Assembly (NCBI GenBank): GCA_964480775.1
Contig: CAYZRF010000014.1
Span: 1 to 32,000, forward strand
DNA: 32,000 nt
DNA from: an uncultured Nitrososphaerota archaeon
Lineage (GTDB): Archaea > Korarchaeota > Korarchaeia > Korarchaeales > Korarchaeaceae
Direction of reading: 5' to 3'
The position numbers and the translations under genes are program-made. Positions 25,910 to 32,000 of the stretch are shown piece after piece; the first letter of the stretch is position 1; the number at the start of each line of letters is the position of its first letter. The notes under the pieces are model-generated. The model was not told the DNA's origin. It was given only the letters and a program-made list of their open reading frames with translations, and did no database searches.

Positions 25910-26296
25910 GTTTACGCTCCTGATCTAGCCAGATCCTATGTTCTTGCCTTGGATAATGAAAAGGCAGTGAATAAGGCATATAACGTGGCCCAAAGGGAGA
26001 TCCTAACCCTGAAGGAGTATGTAGAATCGATATGTGAGGTTTTAGGAGCTGAGTTCAAGCCTGTTTTTGTGTCTAGTGAATTAGCCGAGAAATGTATAGG
26101 TTATGGGCCTCCTCACTTCAGGCGCAAGGTCCTAATACCTGAGATAGGAAGAGCTGAGACAGAATTGGGATTTACGAGTACTCCTTTTAAGAAGTGGTTG
26201 GAGAAAACCGTTAGGTGGTTTGTCGAAGAATATAAAGGTCCGGATTCGGCCCAATACGATAGGAGATCGTTGGAGGTTAAGTTTTCTCGAACTTAG
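25907..26296 (+). pseudogene. 5'-truncated copy (last ~130 codons) of the NAD-dependent epimerase/dehydratase gene at 30243-31265
   Basis: HVYAPDLARSYVLALDNEKAVNKAYNVAQREILTLKEY... aligns colinearly with residues 199-327 of the full gene, and roughly three-quarters of residues are identical by eye. It has no Rossmann N-terminus and no plausible start. Homology begins at the very triplet that is the ferredoxin start codon on the other strand. Confidence 0.85.
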
Positions 26297-26412
26297 CAGA
26301 ATAAGCTCATCTCTTAGCGAGATTATTCTCTTTTGTATCAACCTCCAGAACGCGGAAAATTTGAAAAAGGTTCAGATGTTGAGATCCAAAGATTAGAGTT
26401 TGCAAATCGGAT

Positions 26413-26835
26413 TCAATGGGTTTTAACGTATTTTCTTATGTATGTCACGAACTCTTCAAGATCGTCCAATCTCTCCCTAATGAACTTACACATCAGATCA
26501 ACGTCTATTTCGTTATATTGATGAACTAAGATGTTCCTGAACCCTGCCATGGGTGCTATCCTTTTTGCGAAATCCTTTGGGATTATGCCCGCCTTTCCCA
26601 AAGTAAGAAAAACGCCCTTATACTCCTCTGGTCTGGGCAAGTTCTCTTCAGCAATTATCATTTCTCCAATGTCTAAAGCAGCCTCAATAGCAACATGTAG
26701 ATTTCTTTCTAAGGCGCTCTTTAGCTCATAGTTATTTTCCACCTCTATAGGTTTGACGTTTGCTTTGGACCTGAGATAAGCAAGGGCTCTCTCTAGCAGC
26801 GCTATCTTCCTGGCTATCTTCTCAGAGAAATACAT
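26413..26835 (-). CDS. hepT: HEPN-domain (DUF86) toxin of a HEPN-MNT pair
   Basis: It has the Rx4-6H motif in MAGFRNILVHQYNEID. It is 140 aa and starts 4 nt downstream of the MNT gene stop. Confidence 0.85.
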   Translation of the reverse strand: MYFSEKIARKIALLERALAYLRSKANVKPIEVENNYELKSALERNLHVAIEAALDIGEMIIAEENLPRPEEYKGVFLTLGKAGIIPKDFAKRIAPMAGFRNILVHQYNEIDVDLMCKFIRERLDDLEEFVTYIRKYVKTH

Positions 26836-26839
26836 GTTA

Positions 26840-27214
26840 TCACCTAGACAAAATGGCTTTGGCCCACCTTAGATCGTAAAACCTCCTATCATGGTAGAGC
26901 TTGAGAGTCATGTAAACAAACTCTTTTAACGCATTTTCGTCTCTAATAAACAGAGGTTTTCCCCTTATCACCTCGAAAGCCAAGCTTGGAGAGGCTTCAT
27001 TTAAGAGCACCATATCGACCTTAATTCCTGGCTCAAGCTCGCTTGCAAGCTCTATGATTTTTTCAATCATCTCGTCTCTTGACAAGGACTTATCAAGATA
27101 CACGCCTATATCAATATCACTTAGCTTCGATGCCTTTTCCCTCGCAGCCGATCCAAAGATGTAGGCAAAGAGCACTTCCTCCTTTGACGATAAAAGCTTG
27201 ATGACCCTCTCCAT
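26840..27214 (-). CDS. mntA: Minimal nucleotidyltransferase (MNT) antitoxin
   Basis: It has the GSxxR...DxD motifs (IFGSAAREKASKLSDIDIGVYL). It is 124 aa and lies immediately upstream of the HEPN gene. Confidence 0.85.
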   Translation of the reverse strand: MERVIKLLSSKEEVLFAYIFGSAAREKASKLSDIDIGVYLDKSLSRDEMIEKIIELASELEPGIKVDMVLLNEASPSLAFEVIRGKPLFIRDENALKEFVYMTLKLYHDRRFYDLRWAKAILSR

Positions 27215-27278
27215 TTCCCAAATATTCCACAGAACACTTTAATATATGTTACATTTTAAGGGAAAGTTGAATGGTCCT

Positions 27279-27767
27279 ATGAGTATGGAACTTGAATTAG
27301 TACCTGTCACCAAAGACGAGGAAGAAAAGATCTCAACGTTCATAAGACTTGGAAGGGACTACTTTAAAGATTTGGATTTTGAAGAACGTGAAAGATTTCT
27401 TCAGAGCATTCTATCAAGGCTAGGAGAGCCTGACCGCTGGTTGTTTCTTTTGAAGTATAAAAATGAGTACGTGGGCCTTGGACACGTGAAGATAGATAAG
27501 AGCGAGCGGCCGGGCTGGGGTTTTATCCTAGAATTCTATATCGTACCGTCAAAACGAAGAATGGGACTGGGGCGTGGATTCTTTAGCCTCATCGCAGACA
27601 TGCTACAGTCTAAAGGGGTTAAGGATATTTGGTTACTTGCAACAGAGGCCATACCATTCTGGCGCTCACTTGGGTTTAGATTGACTGGAGAAATAGACAA
27701 AGAAACCGGTCAGATGATTCTAACGAAATCGCTGAGATTTTCCGATAACGCTTCGTTAGAAAGTTAA
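27279..27767 (+). CDS. GNAT-family N-acetyltransferase
   Basis: It has the acetyl-CoA-binding motif A (YIVPSKRRMGLGRGFFSLI) and a beta-strand pattern typical of GNAT. I prefer the ATG at 27279 or 27285, because the ATG at 27246 abuts the TATA-like CTTTAATATA. Confidence 0.75.
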   Translation: MSMELELVPVTKDEEEKISTFIRLGRDYFKDLDFEERERFLQSILSRLGEPDRWLFLLKYKNEYVGLGHVKIDKSERPGWGFILEFYIVPSKRRMGLGRGFFSLIADMLQSKGVKDIWLLATEAIPFWRSLGFRLTGEIDKETGQMILTKSLRFSDNASLES

Positions 27768-27948
27768 CCATTTAGCTCACGAGCTCTGGACGGTCTTTAC
27801 TTGCTATGAAGATAACCTCCTACTTGCTTCATTCTTATGGAAAAAGAACAGATGGATTCTTTTCCTGATTTTTCTGCTTAGATGTTTTCCTTCCCTCACT
27901 CCTCATTGCCCCTACCTAGAAGCTGCTTCCTACTCTCCTATTTACAAA

Positions 27949-28236
27949 TCACATTCTAAATTTTTTCATCTCTCCAAATCTATTTTTAACCAGAGAGCCC
28001 AGCTCACTAACCGCTTCCTCAGCATCTGGCCCCTCAGCGGTAATAACGATGGTGTGACCGCATTCCGCATGCAGAGACAGGACCTTATTAAGGTTCTTAG
28101 CGTCTGCTTTTTCCCCATCCTTTTGGACGATGATGTGTGATTTGAACTTCCTTGCAGTCTCCACAAATAAGGATGCTGGCCTACCACTTAGCCCAAGTTC
28201 GTTCATGAGTTTAACTGCGGTTCTTATCCTTGTCAT
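27949..28236 (-). CDS. HPr-fold (PtsH-like) protein lacking both canonical phosphorylation residues
   Basis: It aligns along its whole length with HPr as I remember it: NELGLSGRPASLFVE against N-GLH-RPA---V, ADAKNLNKVLSL against -A-KS------L, and TIVITAEGPDAEEAV against -V-I-AEG-DE--A-. His15 is replaced by Ser and Ser46 by Asn. Confidence 0.75.
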   Translation of the reverse strand: MTRIRTAVKLMNELGLSGRPASLFVETARKFKSHIIVQKDGEKADAKNLNKVLSLHAECGHTIVITAEGPDAEEAVSELGSLVKNRFGEMKKFRM

Positions 28237-28673
28237 TCTTACCCTCTTTCTGTTATCAGGCCTACTCTCCTATTTAACTTCCCATTTCAGTAGGATAGAG
28301 AATGAGAAGGGAGGTCCTTTCGATAATAAAGATATTAGACTGGAGCTCTCTTGCTTTTTTGTAGTTCTTAGATCGGGCTTGTTTAGGAAAATAAATGTCC
28401 CAAAAAAAGGCGCTCTTTTGGTGGCGATTTCAGGTAATTTCCCTCAGCTTTTCCTCGATAATCCCTCTTAAACACGTTTAGACACTTTGACTAGTTCTTC
28501 ATTCTCGCTCGTACATTCTGGTTATTCCAGCTACAAATCCTATGTCTGACATCTATTAAGTATACGATCTTTTCTTTTTGTCGAGTTGATATGTGATATG
28601 ATCCTATAATCCACCAAACGCTGAGATGGTTGACTACAAATTTATATACATTTCATATGTTTACAAACATGTG

Positions 28674-28895
28674 AAGTCCAAGACAACTGTTTACAGCATA
28701 AGGATTCCAGCGGAGTTAAGGAAGCTGATGGATAGCGTTGACGTAAATTGGCAGGAAGAAATAAGGAAGACCATAGAACAGCGTCTGAGGAAAGAGATTA
28801 GAAAGAAAATGTTGAAGGACGCAAGAGAACTAAGGGAGAGGACCAAGAGAATAAGCTCAGCAGAACTGATAAGGGCGGACAGAGATGCGAGATAA
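28674..28895 (+). CDS. vapB: VapB-type antitoxin (paralogue of 23296-23520)
   Basis: VYSIRIPAELRKLMDSVDVNWQEEIRKTIEQRLRKE has the same pattern as the first VapB. I prefer the GTG at 28674 because TTTATATA (28645-28652) lies inside the longer track ORF. It overlaps the downstream PIN gene by 11 nt. Confidence 0.65.
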   Translation, partial: KSKTTVYSIRIPAELRKLMDSVDVNWQEEIRKTIEQRLRKEIRKKMLKDARELRERTKRISSAELIRADRDAR

Positions 28896-29298
28896 AGCCG
28901 TACTTGATACCGGCATCATATCAGCGCTGTTCTTCAAGGAGGAGATATCAGAGGAGGCCGAGAAAATAGTTGAGACGTACGAAGATTTGATAACCGTAGA
29001 TCTAGCGATTCCAGAGTTAACTAATGTAGCATGGAAGAGAGTTCAATTCTTTAAAGAGCCTAAGGAAACGATAGAGGTTAACCTCAGGAAAGGAATTGAG
29101 TTCATAGTAAGGGCATGTAATGTAATTAGCTCATTCGAAATGTACGAGAAAGCTTTCGAAATAGCAATTAGGATGGAGATTACAGTGTATGATGCGTTAT
29201 TCCTTGCTGCCGCAGAAAAAGAAGGTGCTGACTTCATTACTTCAGATGGCAAACTGGTTGAGAAGTTGAAAGGGCTAGATTTCGTTAAGTTGGTGTAA
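28885..29298 (+). CDS. vapC: PIN-domain toxin VapC
   Basis: It has AVLDTGIISALFF, PELTNVAWK, VYDALFLAAAE and FITSDGKL, which supply the four acidic PIN positions. Confidence 0.8.
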   Translation: MRDKAVLDTGIISALFFKEEISEEAEKIVETYEDLITVDLAIPELTNVAWKRVQFFKEPKETIEVNLRKGIEFIVRACNVISSFEMYEKAFEIAIRMEITVYDALFLAAAEKEGADFITSDGKLVEKLKGLDFVKLV

Positions 29299-29320
29299 CT
29301 CTCTTGGTTTCTCTTGGTAG

Positions 29321-29413
29321 CCTCATACTATACAGCTACGGTTGAAAGAGAAAGTTCGAGCAGAGGTACCAACCTTACACATGAGGGACTATCGGGCTTT
29401 ATCTATGAAGTGA
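29321..29413 (+). pseudogene. Relic of the last ~30 codons of a VapC related to the one at 23517-23960
   Basis: My hand translation is PHTIQLRLKEKVRAEVPTLHMRDYRALSMK-stop. The end of VapC-1 reads LYKKARKEVSTMHLKDYRALSKR-stop. The DNA is also visibly similar (gaggtaccaaccttacacatgagggactatcgggctttatct against gaggtttcaaccatgcacttgaaagactatcgagccttatct). Confidence 0.5.
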
Positions 29414-29437
29414 GGGTTTGGCCAAAAATGCGTGCGC

Positions 29438-30148
29438 CTAGCACTGAAGGCTTTCAACTCCAGTGGCCTTGAAGAAGTTATCCAGCAGATTGTATGCTAA
29501 AGAAGCCATTATCTTTTCCCTAGTCCTATATTCGTGAATAACTTGGTCTCTGATTTTGTTCACCAACTTCAATTCATCTGAATACTCTTCAAGCCACCTC
29601 TCAAGTTGTTCTAAAGTGATTTCCAGATGAAATTGAAGGCCCAAGATGTTTTGGAATCTAAAGGCTTGGTTCTTGCAATCTTCTCCCTCAACCAAAAGCC
29701 TCGCCTGCCTAGGTACGTCAAAGGTGTCTGCATGCCAATGAAATACAGGAAAAACTGTTGGGAAGCTCGCAAAGAATGGATCCTCTTCCCCTTGGGGGGT
29801 AAGTTTTACTTCATAGCCCCCGATTTCAGCTAGAGGATTTCTCCTGACTGCTGCTCCCAGAAGATGTGCTAACAATTGGGCTCCAAAGCAAATGCCAAGA
29901 CAGGGCTTGTTGAATTCAATGACTTCTTCGATGTACCTGCTCTCCTTTATCAGAAAATCGTGTTTGTGAATCTCATTTACCGAAATAGGGGTGCCTCCGA
30001 TGAAAAACGCATCATACTCTTCTAGTGGTGGAAAAGAGCTGGATTTGTATGCATGTAAGATATCGTAGTCAATTCTGCGATCGATTAGATATCGTTCATA
30101 TAGGCCAATTCCCTCTATTTCACAATTCTGAATGACTAAGACCTTCAC
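29438..30148 (-). CDS. Class-I glutamine amidotransferase domain protein (GATase1, GuaA-N-like)
   Basis: It has the nucleophile elbow CLGICFGAQLLAHLLG and a downstream HWHADTF/E pattern. It is 236 aa with a GTG start. Confidence 0.8.
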   Translation of the reverse strand: MKVLVIQNCEIEGIGLYERYLIDRRIDYDILHAYKSSSFPPLEEYDAFFIGGTPISVNEIHKHDFLIKESRYIEEVIEFNKPCLGICFGAQLLAHLLGAAVRRNPLAEIGGYEVKLTPQGEEDPFFASFPTVFPVFHWHADTFDVPRQARLLVEGEDCKNQAFRFQNILGLQFHLEITLEQLERWLEEYSDELKLVNKIRDQVIHEYRTREKIMASLAYNLLDNFFKATGVESLQC

Positions 30149-30242
30149 ATCTCAGTTTGGCCCATTAAAGATTTAAATCCTATTCATCATGCAAGGTAGA
30201 ACTAGCTTAGGTTTTTGATTTACCTGATAATATGGGGTTGAG

Positions 30243-31265
30243 ATGAAGCTCCTTGTTATAGGGGGGACAAGGTTCTTCGGAAAGCTCATTGTGGAAAACC
30301 TACTTAGCGAGGGATTTGATGTCTCGATTTTCACGAGAGGAAACATAAACCCCCAGTTCTCGAGATCTGTGAGATATATTAAGGGCAACAGAAGGGATTA
30401 TCCCTCGTTCATAAGCAAGGTAGGAAAATATGAATTTGATGTGGTAATAGACAACATCGCGTACAACGGCAGAGATGTTAGGAGTGCAGTCCAAGCATTT
30501 AGGGGAAAAATTTCGAGGTACGTGTTGACGAGTTCTACGACTGTTTACAGGGTGATGAAGTACACCAACCCCGTCAGAGAGGAGGATGCGAGAATTGGCT
30601 CGCCTCCAGAAGTGGAGAGGGAAACAAAGGAGCTTCATCAATACAGCTTGGGGAAGAGAGAAGCGGAGGAGGTACTTTTCAGGATTACTGATGAGAATGA
30701 GTTCCCGCTCACGATAATCAGGCCTCCAGTGGTGCAGGGAGAAGGGGATCCTTCGCTAAGGGAGTACTTCTGGATCCAGAGAGTGATGGATGGAGGGCCC
30801 GTTCTCATTCCTGATGGAGGTCTGTATCCATTTAGGCATGTTTACGCTTCTGATCTGGCTAAAACATATGTTTTAGCCTTAGATAATGAAAAATCGGTAA
30901 ATAAAGCATATAACATAGCCCAAAGGGAGATCCTAACTCTAAAAGAGTATGTGCAATCGATTTGTGAGGTTCTGGGGGTTGAATTTAGACCTGTTTACGT
31001 GCCTAGCGAGTTAGCTGAGAGGGGTATAGGTTACAAGCCTCCCTATTTCAGGCGCCAGGTTTTGATACCGAATACGAGCAGGGCTGAAGCAGAACTGGGA
31101 TTTAGAAGCATACCTTTTGCGAAATGGCTAGGAAAGATGGTAAGATGGTATATTGAAGAGTATAGGGGTCCAGATTCCCCTAGATATGACAAAAGAGGGT
31201 TAGAGATAAAGCTCTCTGAGATTTGGCAGAAGAAGAAATTAGAAATCAAATCTCCGCTTTCTTAA
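30243..31265 (+). CDS. NAD-dependent epimerase/dehydratase (extended SDR)
   Basis: It has the Rossmann motif MKLLVIGGTRFFGKLIV and a YxxxK-type region (YSLGKREAE). It is 340 aa with an ATG start preceded by GGGG. Confidence 0.85.
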   Translation: MKLLVIGGTRFFGKLIVENLLSEGFDVSIFTRGNINPQFSRSVRYIKGNRRDYPSFISKVGKYEFDVVIDNIAYNGRDVRSAVQAFRGKISRYVLTSSTTVYRVMKYTNPVREEDARIGSPPEVERETKELHQYSLGKREAEEVLFRITDENEFPLTIIRPPVVQGEGDPSLREYFWIQRVMDGGPVLIPDGGLYPFRHVYASDLAKTYVLALDNEKSVNKAYNIAQREILTLKEYVQSICEVLGVEFRPVYVPSELAERGIGYKPPYFRRQVLIPNTSRAEAELGFRSIPFAKWLGKMVRWYIEEYRGPDSPRYDKRGLEIKLSEIWQKKKLEIKSPLS

Positions 31266-31294
31266 TTAAAATAAGTCGTTAGAAGAGAATAGAA

Positions 31295-31438
31295 ATGTTA
31301 AAGGCTATGGGCACCGACATTCATTTTATCCTAGGAAAAAGAAGAGATCCGACCTTCCTTCTAAGCATTATTCTGTGTGGAATAATTCTGGCTGTAATGT
31401 TTTACATTAACTTCCGGCTTTTCAATGTTTTATGGTGA
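31295..31438 (+). CDS. Possible 47-aa small membrane protein
   Basis: My hand translation is MLKAMGTDIHFILGKRRDPTFLLSIILCGIILAVMFYINFRLFNVLW, which has one TM helix. There is no other support. Confidence 0.25.
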   Translation: MLKAMGTDIHFILGKRRDPTFLLSIILCGIILAVMFYINFRLFNVLW

Positions 31439-31554
31439 TTTTAAGACAAGAAAGTCGTTTTTATATACCCCCTTCCTTTGCTGTTATTCGTGTCTGATGT
31501 TCTAGAAGACTGATAAGCAAAGCTTTAAATAAAGTTAGCTGTAAATCCACATCA

Positions 31555-31791
31555 ATGGAGGAGCGTATAAAGACTAGTTTTGTATTGCCAAAAAGCCTAT
31601 ACATTGAGCTAAAGAAGAGAGCGATTGAGGAAGGTAGAACTGTTAGAGAAGTTCTCATTGATGCGATTCTGAATTACCTCAGTTCAAAGGGCTCAAGCAG
31701 GGAGAGATTGGTAAAGCTCATTCTTTCCGAGGTTCCAGGTGCTGGACCAGATGACTTGAAGGAGTACGATTACAGTGACTTAGGTGAGTAG
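31555..31791 (+). CDS. vapB: Ribbon-helix-helix (CopG-like) antitoxin
   Basis: FVLPKSLYIELKKRAIEEGRTVREVLIDAILNYL shows an RHH pattern. A CTTTAAATAAAG box lies about 25 nt upstream. A PIN ORF follows directly. Confidence 0.7.
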   Translation: MEERIKTSFVLPKSLYIELKKRAIEEGRTVREVLIDAILNYLSSKGSSRERLVKLILSEVPGAGPDDLKEYDYSDLGE

Positions 31792-31801
31792 ATTGTGTGC
31801 C

Positions 31802-32000
31802 ATGGTCGATACCGAACTATGGAGTATAGCCAAGAAGAAGCCATTAGAAGAACGCTTCTCATCGAAAGAAGAGTTCGAAAAAGCGATGAAAATGCACTTA
31901 AAGGCAAGAGAATTCTTTTCCAATGAGTTCCCTAGTTTGAGGGTTTACATGTCTAATCATCAGCTTGCAGAGATATTTCACGTTTTAGCCCTAAGAGGGC
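31802..32000 (+). CDS. vapC: PIN-domain toxin VapC, partial (runs off the window)
   Basis: My hand translation is MVDTELWSIAKKKPLEERFSSKEEFEKAMKMHLKAREFFSNEFPSLRVYMSNHQLAEIFHVLALRG. It has a PIN-type N-terminus (VDT). The ATG lies 11 nt after the antitoxin stop and GGTGAG is upstream. The frame is still open at position 32000. Confidence 0.6.
   Translation, partial: MVDTELWSIAKKKPLEERFSSKEEFEKAMKMHLKAREFFSNEFPSLRVYMSNHQLAEIFHVLALRG

Noticed and set aside
28130-28471. A 113-aa plus-strand ORF, plus open minus-strand frames, in the 390-nt gap upstream of the HPr-like gene.
   Set aside because: The plus ORF is antisense to the HPr gene for a third of its length. The remaining open frames are low in complexity and lack starts. 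I could not recognise PTS or any other family remnants there.
1-32000. A whole-window search for CRISPR repeats, tRNA/rRNA genes, C/D-box sRNAs (RUGAUGA...CUGA), IS elements or transposases, and integrases.
   Set aside because: I found no regularly spaced repeats, no cloverleaf-like or rRNA-like segments and no transposase or integrase motifs. UGAUGA occurrences lie in coding sequence or lack a matching D box.

Overview
This is an archaeal chromosomal segment. It carries a TFB gene, many starts have A/T-rich TATA-like boxes 25-35 nt upstream, and the proteins are K/E/I-rich in the thermophile style. I cannot name the species. About 40 genes are densely packed. I recognised no rRNA, tRNA, CRISPR array, transposase or integrase. 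From 1 to 23.1 kb the content is mostly amino-acid/peptide metabolism and housekeeping. It holds an aspartate-racemase/aminotransferase fusion ORF, a CoxM-like gene remnant, a PepSY / small membrane protein / PadR-TRASH operon, an MFS transporter and two MBL-fold hydrolases (one PqqB-like). It also holds three M20 metallopeptidase genes, an aldo-keto reductase, an Ldh_2-family dehydrogenase, TrmO, a large secreted PKD/HExxH protein, a deletion scar fusing an Lrp/AsnC fragment to a CCG-domain fragment, a divergent TFB, a stand-alone McrB-family GTPase and IlvC. Two of the M20 genes share a 640-nt perfectly identical tract. From 23.2 to 32 kb the window is an accessory patchwork. It contains three VapBC-type pairs, a HEPN-MNT pair, an orphan ParA-like ATPase, a small ferredoxin, a GNAT and an HPr-like protein lacking both phosphorylation residues. 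It also contains a GATase, a full NAD-epimerase gene, a 5'-truncated copy of that gene, and at least two further gene relics. The best novelty candidates are the McrB-like GTPase with an unassigned N-terminal domain and no McrC, the patchwork island (orphan ParA-like gene, degenerate HPr, relics), the racemase-aminotransferase fusion and the gene-conversion tract. All functional calls rest on motifs read by eye; no database search was run.
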